In this document: one piece after another, positions 36,920-52,100 of the stretch
Layout of the letters: the number at the start of each line of letters is the position of its first letter
Position numbering within the stretch: the first letter of the stretch is position 1
Assembly: GCF_022045235.1 (NCBI RefSeq)
Contig: NW_027266308.1
Span: forward strand, 54,064,001 to 54,128,000
DNA from: Haliotis cracherodii
Taxonomy: Eukaryota
Direction of reading: 5' to 3'
Length of the DNA: 64,000 nucleotides
Program-made: the position numbers and the translations under genes
The notes under the pieces: generated by a model
Told to the model about the DNA's origin: nothing
Databases searched by the model: none
What the model saw: the letters and a program-made list of their open reading frames with translations, nothing else

Positions 36920-39900
36920 ATATGTATCTACGTTCTTAAATTATGGAAGAATAAAGACGCTAAGAACATGAAGACAACAGTTCATTTCATGAAGTGATGA
37001 ATACTTGGCTGATTTTTCATTTCAAGTTCAATCCTTCAGGACTACCCGAGTTTTCTTAACAGTTTACATTGTTCAATCGTTCACCATATGAATTTAATTA
37101 CCAGTTGATTACTGGACAAAGGCCGATCTGGGTCCCCCTGCGGGTGGCTGTGATAAGGGTCCCTAATCCGGGAGCCAGCCTACCGGACAGATCGGGACAC
37201 AAACTTCCCGTTCATTGTTTTTACTCACGGGACAATGGAGGCGTTTTTTTTAAATAATGAAGAATTCTGTTTTGTGGGAGAAATAGTCCATCTTGCGGGA
37301 GAGTGGGAGATTTCATCAAATTGCGGGAGTCTCCCGCAAAGTTGTGTTGTGTGGAAGGATGCTTTACACTGGCCCGGTACCGTGAAAGTGATCTTGGGCC
37401 TCAATCTTGTGACAAAATATGGACTTAAGTTATTTTCCAGGGCTCTGACTGGAGAGCTGCAGCATGGTATTCAAGTTAGGGAGCTGTTGCTTACTGCGAT
37501 GTGAATCTCAATCAATAGCTCGCTCTCTCTCTCTCTCCAAACAATTTTACTTAATTGATGGTTTTGTCTGGTTCAGACTGTCTTCTTGAGGCTGTATACC
37601 TGTGAAGATCTGGGTAGAGGTGTTCAGCAACCCATTCTTGTCGTAAGAGGTGACTAACGGGATCAGGCTTGCTGACTTGGTTGATGCATGTCATTTGCAA
37701 TGTCAGTCACTGGATTGTCTGGTACAGACCTGATTCTTTTGACCGAAATATTGCTGTCTGAGGCGTTACACAACAAATCTTCTGGCTGTAACATGTATAT
37801 TGAATATTCACTCACCTAATCCATAGGTATACAGCCTGTTCGAACACATTTTGGAAACACACAGAAAAAAAATGACATACTTTACATAGAATGTAATTTA
37901 ATCACATTACAAAATAAACTGTACAAAATATGTAGAAATAAAAAAAATATTTATGATGGCATGAACATAATTCTACAGAGGTGCAAACATGGCCAGGTAA
38001 AAAAAATACCTGTTGACTGGACACCAACTGTAAACCGTCACATTTTCATCATAACAAGGACACTGTTTCTTTTATTGACAGGACTACAATCAATGGTGGA
38101 TATAATCTTGAGCAGAAGTCTCATTTGTGGCAGAAATCTTAATAACATGCTTAGGTAATGTGATCAGCATGATCAAGGAATGCTACCTGTTTCGTCAGCG
38201 TGGTTCCTATATTGTAGCTTTACTGCCTTTGGCCTTTGGCCTTGGGCATCATTCACTTTCCTAAGTGTCAGTCATATTTCCAGTGCTTGAACATTGATAT
38301 TCACTACAAATAGGACTTCTTTACTCAAATTAATCATATATATCACAATGCCATGGTAATATCTACCGTAAATAGGAAATGTGCTTTAGATCTTGATTCC
38401 ACCACAATCCTACCTTGGATCTCGATCTACATTATGAATCTTCATTCAAGAAATCTTAAATTCATAATTAAATAAATTAATCAGAGCATAAAGCAGAGAC
38501 TCATCTTCACTTTGCAGACATCAACATATTACAGGCAATATAATGTGAACTGGGAGAACTTACTGTATATAAAATTGATTACAGAGAAAAATCAATTTGA
38601 ATATTTAACTTTGAAAATACTGAGTTTGCATATGACACAACTTATGAAATGGGGACAATAAATAATATTGATATGAAAAATAACAATTAATAAAAAAGAA
38701 CACAATGTGGTAGATTGAAACTGCCCATCTTAACCTTTGTTGACATTCTGTCTTACACATCCATTTCGCAGACTCACAGATGCAAAATAAATACATGTAT
38801 AAAGTTTGGATTGATTCGTTGTGGGTCAAGAAGGCTTGGGACTTCCTTGTCTTAATATTTCCTCGTCCTGTGTTTTTGTACATACACAAGTAGCTGCTGA
38901 CCACAGGATCTCTTTTTCACCGAAAAAATTGAGAGACTAGGTTGAGACCATGGTGACTACAGCATACAAAAGCAAGGTACACTGTCAAAGAACTACACTG
39001 CAGCTCAAAATGAAATATCAGAACCATGTGGCTAAACAGAAAGAGTTCGCAAGTAGTTGTGCATTATGTACGTCCTTTTCAGCAATATTCCATCATGGAC
39101 ACTTAATCTATATTTAGGGTCCATGATTCCATTAATGTTACAGACGAATTGCCTAGAAACACAGAAACATTTAAAATGGCTGCCATGACAGTAGTCCAAA
39201 CTGAAATCAGACAGTTTGAAGCATGTTTTAATGACACAACGGCTGCCACCATCCAAGCAAAGTTTCACATGTGGTTTCAGAGAGAAGCTGAAATTGTTAA
39301 CATAACTGTCCTACAGATAGAAAGTGCTTGCCATAACATAAGTTCTCATAATGTTTTAAGGTTAAGCACAAATGATACAATAATGTTATCTTATTATGTT
39401 ATTTTTGTACTACAGAGATGCAAAATGAAAAGAGAGACACCAAGATTAACTGCGATCAAAATGTCAAAACATCACTAACCCTTCATGTGTGAAATACCCA
39501 GAGAAAATGAAAAAAGAAAACAGAAAAAGATTGAAGTCTTCTGGTCATATCTGAAACTAAGCCTTGATGATACTACTTACACAGGCTGATAAATCCATAT
39601 TATGCTGACCATCTCAACTATGATATAACCATATTTGACTTATTAAGTACACTGATCCAATAAACGCCCCCGACCAACTTCTAGAACAATCTTATTAATC
39701 TTTACAAGTGCCCCATAATGAGACTGAAACTTTACAAGACAGTCCCTAATTTCCTATATATTACAGACCTTTTTTTAAAAACAGACAACAGCAGCGCAGA
39801 AGGGATATACTTTTGCCCAGTAACTATAATCGAAAATGTTAAAGTTTCATCTATGCTTGACAGTGCTCCAGATAGATGCCATATCGGCATATTGTATGGA

Positions 39901-41287
39901 TAGAAAGTACTGAAATACGGATGGAATGCAAATTACAACAGCCTCAAATAAGCAGGCAAACAATACTATTAGCTCTCATGATTAATTGTTACCGTACATT
40001 GTCTATTTATTAGGCAAGAATGCAGTATATCAGACACCTTCCACCATTTTGGTAAGGGATGTGCGCAAGCTCATTCCCTAGTAATGGTTTCTATGTTTTT
40101 CAGACACCATTTTTGTCGCCTTGCTAAAACAACAGAGGGTTGGGGGGGGGCTTCCCCCCACTCAATGGCTTGAATTAAATGCTCTGGTATGTAAATGAAA
40201 TGTCTAATTACCAAAGTAGATACATTATCAGTAGCATCAAACACACATGGCAGATTGGTGTCCGGAATAATGCATGTGTAGCATTTTATCTCAAACACGT
40301 TATTTGAAACAGTGTTAAACTTCTGTTTACAATATCGGGCATTAGCTTCGGCTTAAATGGGAATACGTCATTTTGTGTTGGCAGCAAACAGCTGTCCTCC
40401 CAATCCTGCAATATGATTGGCTAATAATAAAGCATTCAAATTCTCACGTCTCGGTTATGTTTACGTTAGTTTGGCACCCAAATCCGAAAGTACAACACAA
40501 GGTCTTTAAATAATGGCGGCACAATATCATACCAATACTTCTCAATCCTACAGGCAGGACAGTATTCATTGATTTGAAAAAATATGTCTTGAACTCGTAA
40601 AATCTGAAAATGACCAGTACTGTTCTCATATGGTTGAAAAAATTATCTGGAGCACTGCTTGAACTAAGTCTGTTCACGTCTGCGCGACCTCGTTTAACTG
40701 GTTGTGTATGATTTCTCTGAGGGCACTTATTACAGTGAATACGGTATGTCTCAACAGACAAATAAAAGTTGCAAAGGAAGGTAATTTATTAATGTTATTC
40801 TCCCTCTCAAGGACATATTTACACTACCTATGTATTATCACCCTTCAGACAACTGACAACTATAAATTTTGTTCCAAGGTTGCAGATAAATAAATGATTA
40901 TGTATGTTCATTAACAATGCATGGCATACAATTGAAACCAACATCCTTTGATGTTCAGTTGTTTTATAATCAATACCATATTCAGTATCTGGCCAGGCAA
41001 ATGACACAGAGTTAAACATTTTACACCAGAACTAGCACCAGAGGGACAACATTCACGGTGTCAGTATCACAATCATATCTTACAACAGTTGAATAACACA
41101 TCTTCTCAACATCGGTGTCCACACGTTAAGCTAAAACAAAACTAACATTGGTTCTCAGATATAACCACTTAAGCACACATTCACCTTACAACTAAACACA
41201 ACATGGATACTGTTAATTTCATATTATTTTACACATGTTAATAAGATGCAACATTTTCACATTGAGCATCAACATTAATATCTCTGT

Positions 41288-41594
41288 AGGAACCCGTCCT
41301 GTATTACAGGGGTGGGTGGGTCAGAAGTTCTTGACGCACTCATGTACTGAAAATAATGACCCTTCCCTAATGCTTGTCATATTTTTGGATAACCCTCCCC
41401 ATTTCCTAGTACATTTTATTCACGACACTTCCTCAAAAGACATAACGCAAAAAACTTTTATATTTTATAACAAAATGTCCACTTTTTCATGACCTGTCCC
41501 CAGATTTGTGTTTTATTTTTTATGACCCTCCCCTAGAGACTGTCAGATTCCCTCTGACCCACACACCCACCTCTATTATGAATGACCGGTCCCT
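41288..41594. mobile_element. MITE-like element with imperfect TIRs
   Basis: aggaacccgtc...gggtgggtgggtcaga versus tctgacccacacaccc...gaccggtccct, followed by taa. Confidence 0.5.
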
Positions 41595-42007
41595 TAACGC
41601 CTGAGAACCAACAGTTTTTTTCACCTTTACAGCAGCCTATGGTTGACCTGTACAATTTTCAGATCCGAAGTGTGTATCATAATAAAACAAATTTTTGTCA
41701 CTTTATGTTTTTTTTGTTTTAAGCAGACCACAATTACAATCATTTTGGAAGAATCCTGATATGGTAATACTTTCCCCATGTTACTGAGATCAACAATGAA
41801 CAATCATATATGAACATATCACATCTGATTCCATCACAGCCAACAAACTGCTACCTACTCACAATACACAGTAATACTCATTTCCACCTCTATCACACTT
41901 AAAGACAAAGACTTCATGGTTACCATAGTCACTTGAGTATTTGTGCTGAACTAGATAAATGTTGCCATATTTCACCATCTTCATTCTGTTTTATTAAAAC
42001 AAACAAA

Positions 42008-42328
42008 CCGTATTCAACGCAATAAGTGCCCCGCTCTAATAGGCGCCATGGTGAGATTTGCTGATTTAATGGCTATTGAACAATCCCAATTAGCACCCCT
42101 TCCGACCCCTATTCACGTATAATACGCACTCGTGTGCTATATGCACCCTTTAATATTGGCAATTAAATTCTGGAAACATATATCTGTCGTACATAAACAT
42201 TTCAGGCTGTCAGCATAAACCACGAAATTTATCTTTCAACTTTCTTTTTTCACCAAAATAATATTCTGATAAGAGCCCCCTAATTTTAATTTTGAGAGCG
42301 CCCTGGGCGCTTATTACGTCGAATACGG
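42008..42328. mobile_element. MITE with CCGTATT termini
   Basis: ccgtattcaacgcaataagtgccc / gggcgcttattacgtcgaatacgg, with TA on the right flank. Confidence 0.75.
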
Positions 42329-43150
42329 TATATAAAGTTTAACTGTACTTCTTAATGGCTCCACAGAAAATAACAGACTGAAGAAATCTGATATGTCATG
42401 AATTACTATTTTTTAAACACATTGAAACTCTTGGCTGCATTTAGTTTGAATGTTTATGTAGAAATGAACGTAAAAACAAGGCATCTTTAGGTACAATTCA
42501 CTCTCACAAATCAGCTTCTAGATGCATTGGCTACTACTCTGTCATGTCTATATGCTTTAGGCATACATCATTCAGCTTACTATTTATACTAATCAAGTAA
42601 TGGTTCAAGTCTATCACTGCCAGAGCAATAGAGGAATCCTCCACTGGCTTTCAGACCTATGGGTAACAACAGAACCATACATCACAATGTGTCCCATCTA
42701 CACACAATGTACTGGCTCTGAAACACACACCATGATGTTGGATAGTTTTGACAATGTCATTCAAGCTGTGTGTTCAGGATCATACCTCCAAAATAAATTA
42801 CTTCATTTGAACATATAATCTGTAACTCAATAGAGGCAAGTGAAATTACCACCCATGATGTAATTCAATCTACTTTGTAAAATACACTGATGGCAAATAT
42901 CCCAGAGCCACTGTCAAGGTCGTTTGCTATTGACTTGTGGAGCACAATGACATTACAATGGACAAGCATCAGAAATCATGGATTACTGTGAAAAACGAAG
43001 TAGATGATTAGGGAACAAATCAAAACCTGTAATTTCTACAACTGGCCAAGTGGAAATATCTTCTGAGCATTTACAGTTGAAGTAATACTTTGTATCTCCA
43101 CTCCAACTTGGATCATAACACATAAAACATCATCACCCCATTTCTCCATG

Positions 43151-46100
43151 TTAGACCTTGTCCGTCTGCTGTTTATTTGTCACTAAATCCTCCACATGAT
43201 CAGTGTCGTCATCCGACTCCATCATAGGATCCATGGCCATCTCCCTCCCCGTTTGGGAGGAGCTGGAAATATCACCATGTTCTGTTAGTCCTTGGTCTGC
43301 AGCCATGATGCCATCCCCCATGTCTCCAGACCCCTGTGACCCCTGGGTCAAGGACTGAAGGCTGAATTCAGAATGAGCAATCTCTTCATGGTCGAGGTCC
43401 GTATGTAGGAGGTCAGTTTCGTATATGATCTCCTCTCTCCCAGGAATGTGTGGCTGGTGGTAAGGTGAGGTCAGACTGACTATCTCCTGTGGTTGTGAAA
43501 GGACCACCACATTCATGCCTTTGTCCCCAGCCTGGAGAGCCTCAGTGTGGATAGGGTCACCATGTAAACCTGAAAACAGAACACATTTGACACATATACA
43601 TGCACATAATGAATATCCGCTGGTCTGTATTCTGATGAGTAGTTCTAAAATCTAGATGATTTACTCTACCTGTAACTGTCCAACTAAACAAAATGGGGGC
43701 TAGTGAGCATGTTACTGGGCTAGGCACAATTATCAAGTACCATGCCAAATTCACACTGTATTTTAAAGGCTTATACAAATTCCTGTTTAAAATATTTAAA
43801 TCAAGCAAAGATTTGATAAAAGCATCTGTTCTACTTCTGATTCAAATACCAATATCTGGTTAACGAAACAATCCTACAATCCAAGTCTATTTTATTATGT
43901 ATGATCTTATAATATAACAGTTCATAAGCACGCATATCACTTGAGAGTCCACTCACGGTACAGAAATAACATCATTCATGATTTCAATATCACATCATAG
44001 TAGATTTCATCGAACAGAATTCAAGATGATAACTTCACACTGAATATGTTCAAAGGTACGCTGTGATTGAACAGGGCTCACCTTGTGCCTCCAGGATGTT
44101 ATCTGGTAGATGTATCTTCTCAGCATCACCGTCAGCTGGTTGTGTGGTCACGGTCACAACATGGTCCGTCAGACCTTGCGTCAACACCACAGGTTCATGT
44201 GCATCTGCTAGTAAGGAGATGATAAGAAAAATATTTAAAAGACAACATTTTACCTAGACTTACAAAAGTGGAAGGTCCAGGGGACCCCCAATAATTAATT
44301 TGAAGGGTCCTTGCAGGCAATATGAGAGTCCTGTAAAGCAATGAAATGGTGTAGTGTACTGTACATTTAGATAATTACTTCAGAGCCTTGAATGAATCAA
44401 TGAGAATGTGGAAAGTGTTTATGATTGATGGGTAAACACAGACGCCTATAACTGCTCTTGATGCGCTGTAGGTTCTGTGCGTCCCTTGGGACACAGTATT
44501 TTTTTTCTGTGTCCATACTTAAATTTCTGCATACTTGACAAACATTTATGCATCATGTAACCCCTGGTAACATGTCATGCTTGTTGCCTCATGATACTTA
44601 GTGCTATGACAATCTGAAAATTTAGCCACTAGTCCGAAGCCCGAGTCTAGTAAAAACCTGTTCGGTCTTGTAAGCTGGCATGACAGATTAACTATAGTAA
44701 TACGCATATGAATGAATCGGGCCAAAACTCACTTTGAGAATATATATACAAGTTCTCAAGCAAATGTTAGTTCAATTGACTCAAGTGTAGTTCATACATA
44801 TTGGCTGGGCCTACTTTCAATCCCTTTGTTGATGGAAAATCCTTGAGTTGACCTGTGTCAAGTTTATATTATTCATATTGCAAATGCACTATCAAGATAT
44901 CTATCATAATGAGACTAAAGACTGTACGTGCCATACACTTAGTTAAATAGAAGAAAGTAAAATTCTGCAATTATGAAACTGAGAGACTGAATGTCTTCTT
45001 CATCTCTGAACAAGTAGTGTCTGAAGTCTCTGATGTCAAAACTTCTAAACAAATTCCTTTCCATGAAACAAAACTACCTCCATAGTGTTGTGCCAGCTCA
45101 TGAATAACGATCAGCTTTTGGTTGTCTGTGCCTTCCTTCATGCCCTCCTCATTTATCTCTCTCTTTACTGCAATGGCTGATGCGGACGATGATGTGACAG
45201 TGACAGCGATGTCGTTCCTCTCCCTCCTCATCGTCACAGCGGCTGTAGCAGCTGCCGCCATCTCATGTCTCTTCATGTGCACCTTCCGGCTACCACTCTG
45301 GGAAAATGTCTTGAAGCAGATGTTGCAGGAAAATGGTTTTTCACCTGTAAAAATATTAAGATGTTGAAAGTGTGCATAAATAATTTAATAATACTTTCCA
45401 TCTACCAGACACACATGAAATGATGAATAATCTATTGAGTGTCAATAGTATATTTTAATATTTATCTGACACCGTCTTAACTTGTCAAGATTTCTTGATC
45501 ACCTAAAGAGGCATTCACACAATAAAATATACAATGGGTATACAATTTGATGCATGCATGAACAGGCAACTTGTTGGATGTGAGTTGTCCAAAATATGAC
45601 ATGCTCTATTTCATGTGACAAGTTGTATCAAAGCAGCCAATCAAAATGCTTATCGAAATCATGTGATGTTTACACGTCAATTTGTAAACAAAAATGGTGA
45701 CTCCAATTCACATCAGAAACTGCTTTTCGGTATCCAAAGTGTCACAACTCAACAAAGGACCTATAAAAAGTAGGTACGCAGAATAACCCTGTTACAAATT
45801 ATACATTTTCACTTTTGTATCGGTCTGATTCTGAAAATATTTCACAGTGTTATTGAAACGGCAGGCTATGTGAGCATACACTGTAGGCCTAGATGAGGAG
45901 GTCAATAAGCCGTTTCTAAAACTCATATATATCATGCGCATAAATACACTTCACACTTTTGGATTCTGAGGGAAAGTGAGTGAGTGAGTGAGTGAGTTTG
46001 GTTTTACGCCGCTTTTAGCAATATCCAGCAATATCACGGCGGGGGACACCAGAAATGGGCTTCACACATTGTACCCATGTCGGGAATCGAACCCGGGTCT

Positions 46101-49100
46101 TCGGCGTGACGAGCGAACGCTTTAACCACTAGGCTACCCGACGGCCCCTCTGAGGGAAAGTATCTACTATGCGATGCCATTATCAACTATATTAGACAAA
46201 GCAGAAGTACAATAACAACATCTGAAATTAATGTACAATGAAAATATCACCATTTTTGCATTTTAACAATTCCCCATTCTAAATGTAATTATTCAAATAA
46301 CGGACAGCTACATGGGAAGTTCAATTACAAAAATACTGTGTGTCTGCTCTTTCTTAAAACACCAATAATCATTCTGAAAAGACTCCAATAACTCTAATAT
46401 TCGTTTCCAAAAAAAACCGTAATAATTCTGAAGCGAACCTCCATGTTGGATAGTGTTTACACAATCATGATTCTTTTTACATGTGCCAGATGACTATCAC
46501 ATCATATATATTACATTCAGCTACGATACATACATCCCTGAATTCATCATACCATTAACAAATAATTGACAAACTGTTGAAGTCATGATTATAAACTGTA
46601 AACATGAAATCAACTGAAATAATCAAGTGTGAAAGCAAACCCTGTGCCCCGAAACCTACCAGTAGGCCTCCTCATTCGAAAATGTAAACAAAGCAAACAT
46701 CTGGTTTTACATGTTAACATTTTCTTCCCTTTCAAGAGACCCAGTCTTCAATTTTTTGCATACATTAGGTTCGCTTAGATATAAAGCAAACCCTGTGCCC
46801 CGAAACCTACCAGTAGGCCTCCTCATTCGAAAATGTAAACAAAGCAAACATCTGGTTTTACATGTTAACATTTTCTTCCCTTTCAAGAGACCCAGTCTTC
46901 AATTTGTTGCATACATTAGCTCAGATTATTGGGAATATGCATGGGACAATAATCTTTGCAAAAACTGAGGAATCAATAATTAGATACTTTGACAATGCTT
47001 TGGAAAGGTCAACAGAAATTTTTCCATTTGACACAAAATCATGCACACTGATGCCGGTATTCATCTGCCTTTCCACATAAGTTTCCAGGATAGAATGGAA
47101 AACATAAAATACAAATAGAAACATGTTGGGTTTCATTATCAATTAATTATAATTTGAATATCTCTTGAATGTCTTTTCACCCAGAAAAACAATAAAACTC
47201 ATAATTCTATCCTTTTCACATTCACGTTATGTGAAAAATATGCATATGAACTTTAAGAAACTGTCCAAATGTAAACATGATTGATGTCAGAGCACAGCTA
47301 TGCTTGCTGGGGAGCCGTGTAATTACAGGACATGCCACAGTATTGTTTTAACAGCCACACCATCTTGTTCTTCACATTACTTGGTTTACAGTGCTTCAGG
47401 CCTCCTCCAACAACAAATGTTGAACACAAATTAAACAAGGTGAACAACCTTTCTCCTTCCCAGTGAATTTGTGTAAACAACAAAAAGAAATCCAAAATTT
47501 ATCGATATTAATATCAGCAGGGAAGAAAGCCTGTCATGTCATTCATGAAATAGTTTCACATACAATGATGCATATTGTATAAATGTCATTCTATTTGTTT
47601 GTTTGTTTGTTTGTTTGTTGTTTGTACTGTAATGGTTAAACACATCTATCTATCACCTGTATGGACCAGCTTGTGTTTCTTGAGGGATGAACATTCTGTG
47701 AACTTTCTCACACAGCCTTCATAGTCACATGCATATGGACGTTCGCCTGCAAGAAATATCTTGGTAATAAGCAACAATAGAAAACAGACAAAGTATTTTG
47801 GAGAGAGTGAGCATATGGAATAAATGCTGTTATCTACCAGCAATGTAACATGATAATTTGAATGCCAGATACTAACCAAGGGTGGATACAATGAATAAAG
47901 ATCCCTTTAACTGAAACAGTTCTTGAAAATTAAACATTCAAAATCAAATAATTTTCTGTCACATTGACCACCCAAATCCTCACTGACACAAACGCCCTGG
48001 CTACCTGGGAGCTGCTCTACTCTGAGAACATGGCAAACAAACGTATCATATCTCCATTCATTTTGAGTCATTTTGAATTACATGACACAAAAAATAGCCA
48101 TCCAATCATATAACACCATATTGGATAAAATGAGTGAGTTCTCTGAGCTAGGTGTAACCCCGCTTTGAACAGTATTCCAGTTTAACACAGCATATCAGCT
48201 TGATATCGGAGGCAAGCCTGAAGTAATACAGGTCTGGGGCGTTTACCACTTTGGTAAAACTCATGAGCACAGGTATGGTGCTAACAAACCTAGAAACATA
48301 ATTGGGGCAAACCAGGATTCGAACCCAGGATCATAAGGACGCAACTCTGCACAGCGAATTGGAGCTTCTAAGATATCATGAAACTCAAACCAATGAAAAA
48401 TATTTAACAATAAACTGATATCTAAATTTACTGCAGGCCGTAAGGGCCCATACAAACTTGAAACTATGGGCCCGACATGAGATCTACATGCCACGGGCCA
48501 ACCTGCAGGTGTTTTTTTCACTGGTCCAGGGTAAACCTTCAAATCCCCAACCCCCTACTATATTCCCCAGCATTATTGAATAGATAACTTACCTGAGTGT
48601 ATACGCTCGTGGTTTTTTAGATTCCCTGCAGTGGTGAAGGATTTGTTACATTCAGTGCAGACAAATGGCTTCTCTCCCGTGTGGGTGCGCATATGAACTT
48701 TCAACCGCTGAGCAGTAAAGAACCTTTTTCCACAGCCTTCCAACTCACACTCATACTGGCGATTGTCCCTGGAAACAGAAAAATAATTATACAACAGGAA
48801 TAGGATATAACACCTTGAGCTAGGTTTAACTTAGTCCTGCACCATGGCCAAGGAATATATTTATTTTATAAAAAAAAAAAATCTAGAAATGCATACAAAA
48901 CCAAGTCTAGCCAGCTCAAGCGAAATCAGCATAGGGAATTTTTTTATATTTTTAGTGTCAAGAAGGATATTGTGTAATATAAGATTTCAGAGACTAAATG
49001 TTAGTCTAGGTTTAACTGTGATTCCAACTATATTTCTAATATGTCATTGTGTGTCACACAAATGCTGAAGTGTGTTCAATGAATGTTCCAGTCTATCATA

Positions 49101-52100
49101 AGGTATTGATCCTATTTTCACAATGCGTTCAAATGCAAAGAAGGCTTACGTGTGGGTGAGTTGATGATACTTGAAGTGGGCTGGTCGAGCAAACTTGCGC
49201 CCACACTGGTCAAACGGACACTGTAGAGCTTTGCTACTCACAGAGTGACCCTGTGCTGTCTGATGAAACTTGCGGAAACCTGCAGAGGCAAATGTCTTTC
49301 CACATCCTTCGGTCTCACACATGTACACCTTTCCTCCTGAAAATACATGTTCAGTTTTACTGATCAGGAATAAGCATAAATATTTTCATTACGCATTTGG
49401 AAAATACCTTACAAATAATTTCATAGATACTAAAGAGAGAGTGTGTTACTCACTTCAAGCATTTTCCCAGCTAAATCATCTATAGCCTGTATATAATTGA
49501 AAAATCTACATTAACTTGTATATATATATACTTATCCTATCTCACACTGTGGCTTTCTTCCTTCTTTTTTCGGTCCTTGTGTGAAAACGTCCTAAAACAA
49601 AGTTTCCAGCTTCCAAAACTGTTTTGGCCGAATACCCCTTGGATAACCATTGTCATCACCCAAACAAATGGGTCATGCACTACAATCCTGTGTATCATGA
49701 CGTAAGCGGTTTGATCCCCTCGACACCCGATGCCACATCATTTTCCTTCATGGAGCTGACAGGCTGGTGTCACTGTCGGGTGGGCATATAACATGTGTGA
49801 TAGGATAAGTAAATAAATATACAATTTAATGGAAAATTTTCAAATTTTTAAACTTAATGTATATCACACTATGCATTTTGTCCCACGGTTGGGTGGTGAG
49901 TTGCCGATAGCCTAGCAGTAGTCTACAACAGTGAGACTAATGGTGGAAGATTGTTGCACAATATTGCCTGAAAGATATGCTGAATAAGACATGCTTCAAA
50001 CATGAGATTGTTGCACAAAAGTGCCAGAAAGACATCGACTCACGAGTATGTATAACACTTAAAAAAGTGGGAGAATAGGTCTTCAGGAACCCATGCTTGC
50101 CGTAAAAGGTGTCTATGCTTGTCGTAAAAGGCGACTAACGAGATCAGGCGGCCAGGCTCGCTGACTTGGTTGATGCATGTCATCGATCCCAATTGCGTGG
50201 ATCGATGCTCACGATATCAATCAGTCGATTGACTGGTCCAGACCCAATTACATGATTTTATTTTTCACTTTGTATAATATATTTAAAGATTTGCTTAAAA
50301 CGTCTTTATTTTGCTCTTTGACATGTTCGATGCGGACCCGTTGTCGAAATGTGTGTCCGAGAATTTTATTTTCAATAACATCGCGGGAAATAGTGAATAA
50401 TTTTTTAATTTATCGATAAAAAATGATAAATTGAAATGGAATACGTATTTCAGACATTGTGAAATGTGACAGATTTAATAAATGAATGATATTACAGGTA
50501 GATCTAGGTCCATAAAAATATATACTATTTTGACGTGACGTGAGATAAACACATATTGATGATTTGAGATTTGCCGAGCGCGCTCATCGTCTATAATGCC
50601 CACCAATTATTTGGACCCCATTGGTAGCATTGTAGCGAGGGACCACTGTATTTACAGACTGCCATCATATAGCTGGAATATTGCTGAGTGTGGCATTAAA
50701 CAACAAACCAACCAACTTTAAAATGTGAGATGACCCCTTTACGTTACTAGGACATGTCATGAAATCGGGATTAACATGTATTAGAACCTAACAGTTTTAT
50801 GTCTTCATGTAGGACACCGTTTCAAGAATGATCGAGTAGCTTCGAAGTAGGGAACCTATTCTACCATGACAAATAACCAATTCGGAAGGGATGTCCAGTG
50901 ATTAGTTCTACAAGACAAACCACCAGATATGCCCTAAGTAACTGCCAGAACCGTAGATGATAGAGATTTCACAGGAGATACGGGAGCGCTAGAAACAGTC
51001 GACAGTAAAGATTTGGCAGGAATCTTGTCATGGAAGAAAGCTGTCTGAGACTGCATCTTGGTGGATTAGAGAATAGCTTTGGTAGTAACATGCTTAGGCT
51101 TCTTGGTTGCAGATGGCCCATGTTCAACATCCCATGATTTGGATCTCCAATCAACAGTATGCTTCTTTTATTTATGCAGGTAATTAGTAACGGCCATAGG
51201 TGAGATCATTCTGAACATCGGATACCAGGTTTACAAACAGTCACAGCATAACGCATGTGGATCACAAGGTGAAAATATGAGATGACACTTCTTGCAGGCC
51301 GGACGAAAATTCTGTTTTTTCCCCATGACGTTAGGGAGAAGTAATACGTGAACTCACTATCAGAAGCAATAGAAATACAAAACTTGTATTTTCTACTTTG
51401 TAACCCGACTCCACACTGCGGCAAAGAGAAAGAATGATGTGGCATAGGGTGTCAGGTGATCAAACCACTCGGTTGGTTGGTTGGTTGGTTGTTTTACACC
51501 GCACTCAGCAATATTCCAGCTATATGACGGCGGTCTGTAAATAATCGAGTTTGGACCAGACAATCCAGTGATTAATATCATGAGCATCGATCCACGCAAT
51601 TTAGATCAATGACATGCTTCAACCAAGTCAGCGAGCCTGACCACCCGATCCTGTTAGTCGCCTTTTACGACAAGCATAGTCACCTTTTACGGCAAGCATG
51701 GGTTGCTGAAGACCTATTCTACCCTGGAATCTTCATGGGTCCAAACTGCTTAGGTCATGGTATACGGGACTGTAGTGCGTGACCAACTTGTTTGGGTGAC
51801 CACTAGAGTGATGCAAGGGGAGTTCAGGCAAAATGTTTTTTTGAAGCTGGAAACTTGATTTTAGGATGTTTCCACCCACGGATCGAAAGAGGAAGGAAGA
51901 AAGGCATAGCGTGAGATAGGATAAGTTTCAAAATTTAGGTTTTACCAGGCAAACAAGTGGTTGACAGTATCAGCAATGATCCACGCTGTCCACACAACCA
52001 GCCCAAGCATTTCTAAACCTACTGACACTTTTACCATTTGTAGAGTAGGTACCTTGCTATCTAAATGCAGTAACCTTGTGAGAGGTGCTTCTTTCAAGTG

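Noticed and set aside
34010-43150. Short ORFs between FAM161 and ZNF410 as an additional gene
   Set aside because: No recognisable domains or chain of phase-compatible exons; consistent with UTRs and TE remnants.
46078-46148. Possible tRNA-Asp gene (also 55145 and 55521)
   Set aside because: The acceptor stem is not properly formed, and the sequence continues into a SINE body with a microsatellite tail and TSD.
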